From IMG/VR virus record IMGVR_UViG_2695420871_000006: 30,728 bases of DNA. The stretch is one strand, 5' to 3'. Below are positions 6,923-16,879 of the stretch, in pieces. The DNA is from a virus (Duplodnaviria; Heunggongvirae; Uroviricota; Caudoviricetes). Under the pieces are notes generated by a model that searched no databases, was not told the origin of the DNA, and saw only the letters and a program-made list of their open reading frames with translations. How positions within the stretch are numbered: position 1 is the stretch's first letter; the number at the start of each line of letters is the position of its first letter. A program made the translations under genes and the position numbers.

Positions 6923-7995
6923 GTGATTTCTCCCACCGTCAGCAGCTCACTGTCTCCCGCCTGAACTGACGTCAGCGGACTGCGCACTTCAAAATCCTCC
7001 AGATTTTTCACCCCCGCCACAGCACGCCAGAAAGACGACGGCAGAACCAGACCGCCGGGCCGGGATTCGTTGTATAACAGGTCGGTCAGCGCCTGTTTTA
7101 CGGCCGCCTGATTCTCCGGTGTTTTCGGGATGATCCTGATGCTGAAGGGCACCGGCTTATTGGTCAGTTTAAACACGGTCACCGTCGGCCCCAGAGGCTG
7201 TCCGACAGGCTGGCCGGTCGCCGGATCATCATGACTGCGGATATAATCCGCCACCCGCTGAACATCACCGTCACCGGGGAAAATATCCGGGTTATTATCC
7301 TGAACAAACGTTACCCCCACGCTGCCCGCCTGCGGCCATTCCGGGCGGCACCATGCCCGCGTTACGCCCGGCACTTCACGCGCCCAGCGTTCAAAATCAT
7401 ACTGCGTGCCGCCGGACGGTGGATTCTGCACCCGGAAAACCAGACGGGAAAGCAACTCCGGCACGGTTTCCACATCCGCACCACCGGTGATCCCCGTTCC
7501 GGTCACCGTGGCCGTCTGGTTGATCCCCGCCTGCGGTGTGATAAATGTCAGTTTTGTCCCTGCCGGGGCATTCCCCGCACGACCGGCACTTTCGGCTTCC
7601 ACACTGACATTCAGCGTACCGGCCTTACCGGTCAGTGAGGTGGTGATACGGTAAACCACGCCATCACTTCGCTGGAGAAGCACACCTTCCTTGATCCCCG
7701 CATCCGTGGTCAGCATCAGCTGAACCGGCCCGTCCCCCCGAGAGGCAGGCTTACGCATGACGCCCCAGAATGCACAGTGTTTCAGCAGTTCGGCTTCATC
7801 GGCTTCGGTCGGGATGATCTGACGCGCAATCCAGGCCAGATGCTCATGCTCCTGAGCAGATAACCCTGCCTGAGCGTAAGCAATGGCATTCAGGGTGGTT
7901 TCATTCACACCCGGCTGCGAGCCGGGCAGGCGCTGGCTGATATCCTGCTGTGTCTGCGTGATTAACTGTGCCAGCGGTAAAGGCTGATAAGGCAT
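6913..7995 (-). CDS. Baseplate J-like protein (Mu gp47-like)
   Basis: 360 aa; synteny; TAATG stop/start overlap with the upstream gene. Confidence 0.8.
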   Translation of the reverse strand: MPYQPLPLAQLITQTQQDISQRLPGSQPGVNETTLNAIAYAQAGLSAQEHEHLAWIARQIIPTEADEAELLKHCAFWGVMRKPASRGDGPVQLMLTTDAGIKEGVLLQRSDGVVYRITTSLTGKAGTLNVSVEAESAGRAGNAPAGTKLTFITPQAGINQTATVTGTGITGGADVETVPELLSRLVFRVQNPPSGGTQYDFERWAREVPGVTRAWCRPEWPQAGSVGVTFVQDNNPDIFPGDGDVQRVADYIRSHDDPATGQPVGQPLGPTVTVFKLTNKPVPFSIRIIPKTPENQAAVKQALTDLLYNESRPGGLVLPSSFWRAVAGVKNLEDFEVRSPLTSVQAGDSELLTVGEITWL

Positions 7996-8432
7996 TACTC
8001 CCCCTTAAGATCAGCATAAAAAATCATGGGCCTCACTGAACCATCAGGCAGGGTTATGCGCACCGAAAGCGCCAGCCGCGCGTGCCCCACACGTTCTGCA
8101 TGACAGACCACGGATGACGCCACGCCATCCTGACTGAGCCAGCCCAGCGCCTCATCCGCATAGGCACGGGCACGGCTTATCACGGAGGCCAGCGTTTTTT
8201 CCCGGCGGAGAAGCCACAGACGGGAGCCAATGGGACGCGGGCGAAAACTGTCTCCCCACCATCCCCGGCGGTCACGCGTACCGTCAGGGATTTCATCCGA
8301 TGCCAGCGCCCGGCGGTCAGTAAACAGCGAAATCAGAACGGCCGTCAGCAGACTGTCATCCGTCAGCAGGTCGGCACCGTTCAGTTGCAGCGAACCGCAC
8401 CCCTGATCCCATACAATTGCAATATCAGCCAT
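7995..8432 (-). CDS. Baseplate wedge protein (Mu gp46-like, GPW/gp25-like); start at ATG 8430-8432 (track ORF extends to 8576)
   Basis: MADIAIVWDQGCGSLQLNGADLL... is typical of GPW-family proteins. The longer upstream extension overlaps the previous gene. Confidence 0.75.
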   Translation of the reverse strand: MADIAIVWDQGCGSLQLNGADLLTDDSLLTAVLISLFTDRRALASDEIPDGTRDRRGWWGDSFRPRPIGSRLWLLRREKTLASVISRARAYADEALGWLSQDGVASSVVCHAERVGHARLALSVRITLPDGSVRPMIFYADLKGE

Positions 8433-9039
8433 TCTCCGGCGCTCCTGTCTTACTGCCTTTGCCGTTATCCTGATGCACATGGCCGGAATAGGTGATCCCG
8501 GCAATAACGGCATCAGACATCGTGAACAGCCCGTCTGATTTACCTGTACCATCAAGCACGAAATTACCCTTAACATGCAGGTTTTTATCCACCGTCACAT
8601 TGCCCGTAAAGGTGGCCTCCGGCGTATCCACCCGCATCCCCTCATCGGCGTAAATCTCCAGCATTTTGCATGTCACAATAATGCGACCATCCTTTGTTAA
8701 CCGTATCCGGTGCCCCTCATGGTGATACACCCCCGTATCTCCGGCTGTGAGTCCGGTCGGGCGGCTGCGCCGGTCTTCCACCACAAGCACCACAGTCTGA
8801 TCCCGCTGTCCGCCCAGACAGGCAAAAAAGGTTTCCGCACCCGGCAGGGGAACGCTGATCTGCCCGTACTGCTGGGGACGCTCCACATCATCAAAGGTTT
8901 CGCCGTCCATGCCGGTGAGCTGCACATTCTGCATTTTCAGTTCGTCATGTGTGCCGGTCAGAACGCCCCGGCCAAACAACAGGCGAATACCGCGCGTTAC
9001 CGGGGCAATCAGGCGGCTGAACACTTCATCATTCATCAA
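8425..9039 (-). CDS. Baseplate assembly/spike protein V-like (Mu gp45-like)
   Basis: 204 aa; synteny. Confidence 0.75.
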   Translation of the reverse strand: MMNDEVFSRLIAPVTRGIRLLFGRGVLTGTHDELKMQNVQLTGMDGETFDDVERPQQYGQISVPLPGAETFFACLGGQRDQTVVLVVEDRRSRPTGLTAGDTGVYHHEGHRIRLTKDGRIIVTCKMLEIYADEGMRVDTPEATFTGNVTVDKNLHVKGNFVLDGTGKSDGLFTMSDAVIAGITYSGHVHQDNGKGSKTGAPENG

Positions 9040-10153
9040 AGCTGATCCCCTGTTTTTTCATCTGCTGGCGAATAAAGGCATCAACATCGTCACCGGAACC
9101 ACCCCGGCCCTTACTGTCCGGCTCTGCCGGAACGATAAAGCCGTCACGCGGTGCCAGTACCAGCCGGGTGACTTCCCCGTTATGTTCATCAAGTAAAAAC
9201 TCTACCTGACAGACCAGCAGTTCAGTCTGTTCTATACCGAAACGCAGGGCTGAAACACCGGTCAGCAGATTGACATCCCATAACCGGCCATCATCCCGGA
9301 ACCAGCCACGCACGGTGGCAGAAAACCGTTCTGAACGGGCAATCGCACGGCGCATTTCACGCAGGGCACGCTGCCGTGCACCGGTGGTGTCTGTCTGTTG
9401 ATCGGCGAGGATGATTTTCGGCCGGTAGCGGCCGATCTGCTCATCACTGATGACGCCCACAGGTGCTGCCAGACGGGCGGCGGATTCGCTGTCTCCCCGT
9501 TTGCCACCACCGCGCCCGTGTCCCCGGACACGGTATTCGCTGTATCGTCCTCGCCAGTCCGTGTTGTAATCGGCATCAAGCAGGTTATCTCCCAGCACCA
9601 GTCTGTCCGTCTGCTGGCTTCCTGCCTGGGTGAACACCAGATCGCCGTCAGCATTACTGGTCACCAGCACCCCGCGATGCCGGGCAGCACGGGTCAGCGC
9701 ATCCGCCACGGTTTCTGAGTTTTCCAGCGTAAAAGAGCTGAAGGGGCGTGCAGCCGTGTCGTCGTTAACCTGCCAGCGCACGGCTATCCCGAAGGGCGCA
9801 CATAAATCTGCGGCAATCTGTGCCAGCGTCCGGTTGCGCCACTGGCTGCCGGGATGGATGGCGGCACAGTCCACCAGGTCGCCGGTTTTATCCCGACCGC
9901 TGATGCTGATCTGATGACGGGTTGCACTGATCCGCTGACTGACCTGATCCAGCCAGCCACTGATGACCGTCTGCCCGTTAATTCTGAGCGTCAGGGACTG
10001 ACCGGTTCGCAGGGCTGAGGGGATGCGCTCACCGGGCAGCATCAGCCCCAGTTCAAACGACCCGGCCAGATGCTCCAGCGAGCGACGGACGCTGACCGTC
10101 AGCCAGCCGGAAAAAATACTGCCACCGATATACAGTTCAATCCTGCTGCTCAC
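9029..10153 (-). CDS. Baseplate hub / late control D-like protein (Mu P, gp44-like)
   Basis: 374 aa; synteny after the N-like protein. Confidence 0.75.
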   Translation of the reverse strand: MSSRIELYIGGSIFSGWLTVSVRRSLEHLAGSFELGLMLPGERIPSALRTGQSLTLRINGQTVISGWLDQVSQRISATRHQISISGRDKTGDLVDCAAIHPGSQWRNRTLAQIAADLCAPFGIAVRWQVNDDTAARPFSSFTLENSETVADALTRAARHRGVLVTSNADGDLVFTQAGSQQTDRLVLGDNLLDADYNTDWRGRYSEYRVRGHGRGGGKRGDSESAARLAAPVGVISDEQIGRYRPKIILADQQTDTTGARQRALREMRRAIARSERFSATVRGWFRDDGRLWDVNLLTGVSALRFGIEQTELLVCQVEFLLDEHNGEVTRLVLAPRDGFIVPAEPDSKGRGGSGDDVDAFIRQQMKKQGISFDE

Positions 10154-11495
10154 TGATCACCTCCACGCTGCGGCCACCCGGAACAAAAACCGGATCGGGG
10201 ATATTGTTTCTGCGGACAAAATACTGCCAGCGACTGCTGTTGCCGGTGGCACGGTACAGCGTGACCAGTGCCGGTTCGGTGGTGCGAACCATGACCTGAA
10301 AAGCACCGGGAAGATGCACGCTCCGTGTGGTTAAATCTTCTGTCAGCGCAAGCCCTGCATCACGTAATGCAAGGGCAGTCCCGGTATAGCCCTGTGCGGA
10401 CAGATCCAGCACCTGTTGTTCCATGGCATCGCTCAAATCCCGGTTGATACGCTGCACATCAGCAGAACTTTCCAGCCAGGCCAGTCCGCCCGAACGGTCA
10501 GTATCCTGAACGTGCGTCGTATTCTGCCGGATGACCTGATCCAGCAGTTTTCCGAGCGTCTGTGCCTGCGACACCAGGGTTGCACTCTGCATCACGCTCC
10601 GCAGCAGACGGATATTTTTCTGTGCCGCAGGCGTCAGGCCAATCAGGCGCTGTGGATCATCCTGTTCGCTGAGGGTGTAACGCAGGGAGGAAAGTGTGCG
10701 GTACAGCTGCGGCATGGCCTGCTCTGCTATGCTGTCACGGTTTGTGGTCAGGCTGCCGGACGGCGTTCCGGCTTTTCCGGTCAGAGACAGGGAAGGATCG
10801 CCGGGCAGCCCGGTCAGCACGGCAAACATTCCGGCCAGCGATTCAGCCATGCGACGGGGCGCATTAATCAGGGCGGCGGCATTGCCTTTCAGGGCAGTAA
10901 AACTGGCCGTAAAGGCACTGATATCCTGCACAATCCCCATCCCCGAAACGGCATTCTCCAGTGCATCAATCTTATCGCTGATGGTGTCGGTCATGGCCTG
11001 TACATCATGCAGACCGTCTGAAATCACCGTCCAGCCGTCTGAAAGCGTGTTAAACAGCTGATTCATTGCTGAGCCGCTTTTCTGCTCCAGCGCAGCTGCC
11101 GTATCTTCTGCCACCGCAGGGGCGGTATCGTCACTGGCGGGGATCACGTTGATCGTGAACTCAACCGTTCCCTGCTCGCTGGCGTTATAACGGCTTTCAA
11201 AGCTGTTTATCAGCACGTTTAACGTGCCGTAATCCGGGTGCATCAGTTCACCGGCACCGGGTGCACGCAGCGCATCACGCAGGCGGCTTCGCTGTGTCTG
11301 AAGATCGTCTCCGGTCACCAGAACCGTGAATGTGAACTCCGGGAGTTTTGGCCCCAGATCATCCGCACCGCCGCTTTCACGCAGTGGGTATTCACGGCGC
11401 ACAATGTTACGTCCGCCCCGTTCCCGCTGCTCCTGATAAACCAGGAACGGTACGCCACGAAAGGAGCCACGCCCCGGCGTGTCAGTAGAGGCCAT
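10137..11495 (-). CDS. DNA circularisation protein N-like (Mu gp43-like)
   Basis: 452 aa immediately downstream of the tape measure gene. Confidence 0.7.
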   Translation of the reverse strand: MASTDTPGRGSFRGVPFLVYQEQRERGGRNIVRREYPLRESGGADDLGPKLPEFTFTVLVTGDDLQTQRSRLRDALRAPGAGELMHPDYGTLNVLINSFESRYNASEQGTVEFTINVIPASDDTAPAVAEDTAAALEQKSGSAMNQLFNTLSDGWTVISDGLHDVQAMTDTISDKIDALENAVSGMGIVQDISAFTASFTALKGNAAALINAPRRMAESLAGMFAVLTGLPGDPSLSLTGKAGTPSGSLTTNRDSIAEQAMPQLYRTLSSLRYTLSEQDDPQRLIGLTPAAQKNIRLLRSVMQSATLVSQAQTLGKLLDQVIRQNTTHVQDTDRSGGLAWLESSADVQRINRDLSDAMEQQVLDLSAQGYTGTALALRDAGLALTEDLTTRSVHLPGAFQVMVRTTEPALVTLYRATGNSSRWQYFVRRNNIPDPVFVPGGRSVEVISEQQD

Positions 11496-13539
11496 AGTTC
11501 CCTCCGTTCCAGACGTTCACATCCAGGCCATGCTGTGCGGTATCATCCACATCAATACTGCGCGCCCGCCAGCCTTCAGGGGCCACAAGCTCCACCCGTG
11601 CGGCGGTTTTCGCGGTGGCCTGTCCGCCGTTTTCGTCACTGCTGCCACGCAGTTTCTGCCAGGCCTGCGTCAGCCAGCCCCCCAGATAATCACCGAGATA
11701 GCTGCCCACCGTGGAACCAATGGCAACCCCGACCGGACCGGCAGCCGCCCCCAGCGCGCCACCGGCGATACTTCCGGCAAGAGAACCCACGGCACCGGCT
11801 TTATCGGCTGCACTGGCGCTGCTGTCCAGCAGTACAGGAGCCGCCATGGCACCGGCCCACAGGGCACCACCACCCAGCCGACCGGCACCACGGAACAGCC
11901 CGGCAAAACGCCCCAGCCCCATGCGGTTTCCGGCCGCCGTTAGCAGACCACCGGCACGGCTCATCATACGACCGAAGAAGCCCTGTTTACCGGCACTCTC
12001 CGCCAGTTGCTCACCGGCAGTCACGACGGTCGTGACACCCCGTCCACGTCCGGGGCCGCGTTTTTTACGGCCGCGCACGGTTTTGCCGTCACCGCTGACC
12101 ACCACATCCCCGCCACCTGAGGCCAGGCCACCCGCAGGCCAGTTGGTGACCAGCACGGGCTGAACGGCAGCCGGATTTACCCCGGTAAGGAAATTCAGGA
12201 ACCGGCCAGCGCGTCCGGGCTGCGTTCCCGGTACAGTGGTCTGCGGTTTGCGGAAGGGCGACGTCAGCACGGAGGTCATCGCCATGCCATAGCGTAAGGG
12301 GGTTGCGCCGAGACGTAATGCCCCCGTCCCCGCAAACCTGAGCACCTTCAGCGCACGGGAGGCGAGATACATATACATCAGGTACTTTGCGGCGGTCTGC
12401 GCACCCTGACCAATACGATCCAGTGCATCGCCATAACCGGCGTCGCGCAGTGCCTGAAGCGTTTCCCTGACTTTCTGAATGGCCCGGTAAAAGCCGGTTG
12501 CAGCGTCTCTGGCATACTCGAATCCCTGATTCAGGGCTGAGGCCGTCTGTGTGGCCAGCTTATCCTGTAAGCCGCTTTTCTGTGCCGCATCAGCATAATC
12601 CAGAAAGCCTTTCAGGCTCTTTTTCAGGCTGTCAAACGGTCCCTTTGCCATCACCTCGCGGGCAAATCCGTCCCAGACATCGCCCATCATGGACGTCATT
12701 CCCGTCCAGGAATTCATGGCGTTTTTCTGGGCACCTTTTGCCTGTTCGGCCATCACCTGAAATAACAGGCGAATGCTGTCCGGTCCCAGTTTTCCTTTCT
12801 CGCCTTTCTCACGGATGATCTTCTGGTTTACACCCAGCTTATCGGCCAGCAACTGGTAAACGTTAATCCCGTATCCGGTCAGAATATTGGCGTCCGCTGC
12901 CTGGATACTCTGGCGGGCAAACATCTGTTTGAGTTGCAGGGACGCACCCTGTGCATCTGACAGTGACCAGCCGTGATAGCCGCCCTGATCCTGAAGCATG
13001 GTAATAAAGCGACGGGCTTCCCTGTCACTCATACCGAACCCGCGACTGGAGGCGTATTCCTGCATAACCCCCGCCAGCCCCCAGGTGGTGTCTTTGGCGT
13101 TCTGTACCGCCCAGGCTTTCACTGCTTCCGTTTTTGCCGTATCGCCATGATTAATGGCGTTGAGACGCAGAATATAGTTCTCCATCTCTGCGGCCGGGCG
13201 GATAAAGGCTTTATTAAACCCGTAGACCGCAGCCCCTCCCGCCAGCATCCCGTAAAGGTTGCTTATCCGCCCGATGGTGCCGGTAATGCTGCCCTGAAGG
13301 CGGTCAAAATCTGACGTCACCGTGCGGATACTGCCACGAACACCGGCAAGCGTTCGCTGCATACGGGAGCCGACAAGTTCTGTCTCCTGACCGGCACGAC
13401 GTGCTGCATTTCCAAGACCACCCAGCCCCGTCCTGCCGGAACGGGAGAATGCCCCCAGCTCCTGTGACCACTGGCGGGATTTGGCAGAAATATTGCCGAG
13501 TAAATCGACAATCAGGGAGGCTTTCAGGTTTTTTGCCAT
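11482..13539 (-). CDS. Tail tape measure protein
   Basis: 685 aa, Gly/Ala-rich C-terminal half, downstream of tube and chaperone genes. Confidence 0.85.
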   Translation of the reverse strand: MAKNLKASLIVDLLGNISAKSRQWSQELGAFSRSGRTGLGGLGNAARRAGQETELVGSRMQRTLAGVRGSIRTVTSDFDRLQGSITGTIGRISNLYGMLAGGAAVYGFNKAFIRPAAEMENYILRLNAINHGDTAKTEAVKAWAVQNAKDTTWGLAGVMQEYASSRGFGMSDREARRFITMLQDQGGYHGWSLSDAQGASLQLKQMFARQSIQAADANILTGYGINVYQLLADKLGVNQKIIREKGEKGKLGPDSIRLLFQVMAEQAKGAQKNAMNSWTGMTSMMGDVWDGFAREVMAKGPFDSLKKSLKGFLDYADAAQKSGLQDKLATQTASALNQGFEYARDAATGFYRAIQKVRETLQALRDAGYGDALDRIGQGAQTAAKYLMYMYLASRALKVLRFAGTGALRLGATPLRYGMAMTSVLTSPFRKPQTTVPGTQPGRAGRFLNFLTGVNPAAVQPVLVTNWPAGGLASGGGDVVVSGDGKTVRGRKKRGPGRGRGVTTVVTAGEQLAESAGKQGFFGRMMSRAGGLLTAAGNRMGLGRFAGLFRGAGRLGGGALWAGAMAAPVLLDSSASAADKAGAVGSLAGSIAGGALGAAAGPVGVAIGSTVGSYLGDYLGGWLTQAWQKLRGSSDENGGQATAKTAARVELVAPEGWRARSIDVDDTAQHGLDVNVWNGGNYGLY

Positions 13540-13542
13540 GGG

Positions 13543-13737
13543 TTACTGCTTCGTTCTGAGAATTTTTTCGGTCTGTCGGCAGTGCCGGTAAAGCTGCGAT
13601 AAGGGGAGGTTAAGCGCCCACTCCGGGCCGCTTTTTGTCACCATCCCCAGCACAATTGCGGCTTCTTCAATCTGATCCCGGCACTGCATCTGTTCGCCCC
13701 CGTTCAACGACCAGCTTTCCGGCCATCGCCGAGTCAA
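13543..13737 (-). CDS. +1-frame ORF filling the gap between chaperone stop and tape measure start: candidate frameshift extension of the chaperone, or an independent 48-aa gene from the internal ATG
   Basis: Overlaps the 3' end of the chaperone in the +1 frame and ends 3 nt before the tape measure ATG. An internal ATG is preceded by GGGGG. Confidence 0.4.
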   Translation of the reverse strand: MTRRWPESWSLNGGEQMQCRDQIEEAAIVLGMVTKSGPEWALNLPLSQLYRHCRQTEKILRTKQ

Positions 13738-14143
13738 GCAGGCTTACCGCCGCCATCAGACGGGAGAGATCGCGCTCGCTGAGTTGTCCAATCTGACGCG
13801 GAGACAATGGCCCCTCAATCTGGCCAACAGCGGCAATCTGACGGCGCAGCAGCGCAATGCCGCGCAGTGCCGGTGAGGCCACCAGAACCGGACCGTTTTG
13901 GGTTTCCATAAGACGCTCGGCCTCGCTCTCCGCATCAATGCTGTCTTTCGCCGTCAGTTCGCGGAAGGTGACGCGGTATTCACGGGATTCCCCGAACGGC
14001 AGACCGTCGAGCAGATCCACATAGCCGTTCGCCAGTTGTTCAGCCAGCCCGGCGGTGCGGGGATCGCCGTCTTCAAGTGCATCCCGGATAGCCTCCATCA
14101 CGGCCTCGTCAGAAACCGCCGTTTTTTTCTTACGTGTGCTCAT
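13667..14143 (-). CDS. Tail assembly chaperone (Mu gp41-like), acidic, 158 aa
   Basis: Position between tube and tape measure; acidic composition. Confidence 0.7.
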   Translation of the reverse strand: MSTRKKKTAVSDEAVMEAIRDALEDGDPRTAGLAEQLANGYVDLLDGLPFGESREYRVTFRELTAKDSIDAESEAERLMETQNGPVLVASPALRGIALLRRQIAAVGQIEGPLSPRQIGQLSERDLSRLMAAVSLLDSAMAGKLVVERGRTDAVPGSD

Positions 14144-14157
14144 TACATTTTTCCTGA

Positions 14158-14523
14158 TTACTGGACACGGGTACTGGTGGCGCTGGCGAACTTCGCGGAG
14201 ATATCACCGCCACCGTCAAGCGAGGCCGGTTCACTGCTCCAGGCCTTCGTCATCATGTGGACTTCACCGGTATCGGCCACGAACTCAATCGTGACCGCAG
14301 TCCAGGTGTTGATTTCATCGGCAGCCGGTGAACCCTCTCCGCCCGCCGGAAATTTACAGTCCATCGTCGCCTCACGGGGTTTCTCGCGATAGCCATAGAC
14401 TTTCGCGCCTTTCACCACTTCACGCTCAAAGCCGGACGGCGAGAACGTGGCACCCTCAAGGGTGGCGTACTCCTGTCCGTTCACACGGATGGTGGCCGTG
14501 CCCTGATACTGTTTTCCGCTCAT
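14158..14523 (-). CDS. Tail tube protein (Mu M-like)
   Basis: 121 aa directly downstream of the sheath gene. Confidence 0.8.
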   Translation of the reverse strand: MSGKQYQGTATIRVNGQEYATLEGATFSPSGFEREVVKGAKVYGYREKPREATMDCKFPAGGEGSPAADEINTWTAVTIEFVADTGEVHMMTKAWSSEPASLDGGGDISAKFASATSTRVQ

Positions 14524-14531
14524 GCCTTACC

Positions 14532-16034
14532 TCACAAAATGAAACGGATCTGCGCGGCCATGAAGCGGAACTGGTTAACCAGATCCGGTGTACACATCAC
14601 ATCCAGACGGTTACGGTCTTTTGTGTTGCGCTCCACGAGCAGATTCTTTTTAAAGGTGTCCAGATTTTCGACCAGTCCCAGCTCCACCCATTCTTCACCC
14701 AGCGAAATTAACTGAAGTTTCATGATCTCCGGTGTCACGATATTCTGACCTGCACGAACAGGCGTCCCGTCATCAGCCAGTTTATGGCGCGGAAAACGTT
14801 GCGTGATAAAGGTGCGCAGGGAATAACGCAGATATGACAGGGTGTAGATGGTTTCCACATCCAGATAGCTGGGATCGCTTTCGCCGTATGCATTCTGACG
14901 GTACATCGTCACCTGACGTTCAATCTGCACCATGTCAGCGGCCGCGACGGTCACCGTGGACATGCCGGTATAAAGCAGGCTGTTTCGCTCTTCCCGCGTC
15001 AGACGAGCCGGTGCTTCAGGTGCCATACGGGCAGGCAGCGCCAGTGTCTGTAATGGTCGGGCCGGATCCGTTGACAGGGAGGGCGCACAGACCGCACAAA
15101 TGGAGGCCGCCCAGACATAATCCGGCTCTGGTGCTTTAGGAATAGAAGTGCAGGTAAACAGGAAGTCATTACGGGATTCACCAAAACTGGTTGCCGTACC
15201 GAAGGTGCCGGTATGCGCCATCCAGACCATACCGTCCGACATTTTTACCGGTCCCCAGCGTTTCAGCAGTTCATCCGCCAGAATTTTGAGATTTGCCGCA
15301 TCCTTATAGGGCATGACGATGTAGTTGTACTGACGATTCCCCATCCCTGAGACGCTACGGGTGATATCGGGGTTTGTTGCCTTCTGTGTTGGCGCGACGA
15401 GCTCCAGCGTAAGACCGGCCGGTGTAGTTTCACCGTCATAATAGTTCACCCGTAAATCATGAGCTGAGCATTCACCGATAAAGCGGGCGTTAACCCCCAT
15501 GCTGCCTTTAAGTCCTTCAGCATTATCACCACTGACTTCAGCTGCGATAGCAGTGAATGGCGCATCAGTGTCAGCGTTAATGACCTTAGCCAGCTCTTCC
15601 ACAAGCTCTTTACCTTTTTTCCCCTTACTGACGGGCAGGAGGTAACGGCGACCGCCGATGTAAACACTTAACACCCCGTCTGCCAATGCTGTTCCAATGA
15701 TATTCATCACGCATGCCCTGGACTGACCTGTTCCAGCCCCCTGTGCAATGGCATATAACTCTGTGTCAGGGTTAATGGCGATAAATTCCTCTACCATCAG
15801 TGCAATCATGGAACCTCGCCCCCAGAGTTCTCTTGCTTGTGAAGCTCGGGTAATACGTACTGGTACATCAAGCTGACCGCGCCCCTGAATGGTGGTGTCT
15901 TTCATTGCAGCCTGACCAAACAACAGTACCGCCTGACGCTGTGGTGGAGTGCCGGTCACGGCCATTGAATTATTGATTTCAATCTGTACCAGCGGAATGC
16001 GATTGTTATCGCCGATATAATCAAAGTTAATCAT
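14532..16034 (-). CDS. Contractile tail sheath protein (Mu L-like)
   Basis: 500 aa; synteny; ATGA overlap with the upstream gene. Confidence 0.85.
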   Translation of the reverse strand: MINFDYIGDNNRIPLVQIEINNSMAVTGTPPQRQAVLLFGQAAMKDTTIQGRGQLDVPVRITRASQARELWGRGSMIALMVEEFIAINPDTELYAIAQGAGTGQSRACVMNIIGTALADGVLSVYIGGRRYLLPVSKGKKGKELVEELAKVINADTDAPFTAIAAEVSGDNAEGLKGSMGVNARFIGECSAHDLRVNYYDGETTPAGLTLELVAPTQKATNPDITRSVSGMGNRQYNYIVMPYKDAANLKILADELLKRWGPVKMSDGMVWMAHTGTFGTATSFGESRNDFLFTCTSIPKAPEPDYVWAASICAVCAPSLSTDPARPLQTLALPARMAPEAPARLTREERNSLLYTGMSTVTVAAADMVQIERQVTMYRQNAYGESDPSYLDVETIYTLSYLRYSLRTFITQRFPRHKLADDGTPVRAGQNIVTPEIMKLQLISLGEEWVELGLVENLDTFKKNLLVERNTKDRNRLDVMCTPDLVNQFRFMAAQIRFIL

Positions 16035-16312
16035 CAGGACGTCCCCTTATCTGATGCTGCGTTTTTTTCAGCCACCGCCGCAGTTTTTTCTGCTACCGCT
16101 CCCGCTGGTTTTGCCGCCGCGCCGGTATTACCTGTTGTGGCAGCCGGGGCAGGCTCCTCCGTTTTATCCACCACAATGACGTCACCATCATTAAGACGGC
16201 GGCACCAGAACGGAGTGAAGGGTTTCTCTTCACCGTCCTGTGAGAGCGGAGTCATCGTGTCGGGATCGCGAATCAGGCATCCCGGCGCAGGTTTAATAAA
16301 AATGGTTGTCAT
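16034..16312 (-). CDS. Mu gp38-like small protein
   Basis: 92 aa with Ala/Lys-rich C-terminus; position upstream of the sheath. Confidence 0.6.
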   Translation of the reverse strand: MTTIFIKPAPGCLIRDPDTMTPLSQDGEEKPFTPFWCRRLNDGDVIVVDKTEEPAPAATTGNTGAAAKPAGAVAEKTAAVAEKNAASDKGTS

Positions 16313-16315
16313 CTG

Positions 16316-16879
16316 TTATTCCTCTGACGGTCCGGCGTTTTCACCGGCGGCAGTTGCACCAGGCAGACGGATGTGTGCCTTAAACTCCGGCGTGCCTTCC
16401 GGTTCGGTAAAGGTTTCGTAATGGCGCAGGAAATCATCCAGCGAGCTGATATCCGTCAGCGGGTCGATCATTTCCTCGCATGAGAAATACAGGGCGTACA
16501 TCACGGCACCGCTGCCTGCCTGCGTTTCGGTGTAACCGTTGACCGCCTTTTCAAAGTAAAGCGGTGAGGTTTTTTCTGCTCTGAAGCCGTCCAGCACGGT
16601 AATCAGGCGGGCCACAATCTGATAAAGCCCGGGACGGCTGACCTCACGGCCATTGAGCATGTCGCCGATGACGTAGAACACCCAGTGACTGACCAGACGC
16701 CCACGGGTACGCCCTTCACCGGCACCCAGCCAGGCAACATAGATAGCCGGGGCGTTAATCAGCATGGTGCGCAGCACGCTGTCGCTCCAGTCGCCGGGAT
16801 GTGTGTCAACAGACACCAGTTCATTCCCGAAATACTCACGGATACGGGCGATGTACGCCTGCTCGGTTTCCGTAATCAT
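16316..16879 (-). CDS. Mu gp37-like head-tail joining protein
   Basis: Synteny; 187 aa. Confidence 0.65.
   Translation of the reverse strand: MITETEQAYIARIREYFGNELVSVDTHPGDWSDSVLRTMLINAPAIYVAWLGAGEGRTRGRLVSHWVFYVIGDMLNGREVSRPGLYQIVARLITVLDGFRAEKTSPLYFEKAVNGYTETQAGSGAVMYALYFSCEEMIDPLTDISSLDDFLRHYETFTEPEGTPEFKAHIRLPGATAAGENAGPSEE

Noticed and set aside
11238-12163. Long plus-strand ORFs (265, 154 and 150 aa) inside the tape measure gene
   Set aside because: They are antisense to a well-supported GC-rich gene and have Pro/Arg/Ala-rich low-complexity products typical of out-of-frame translation.
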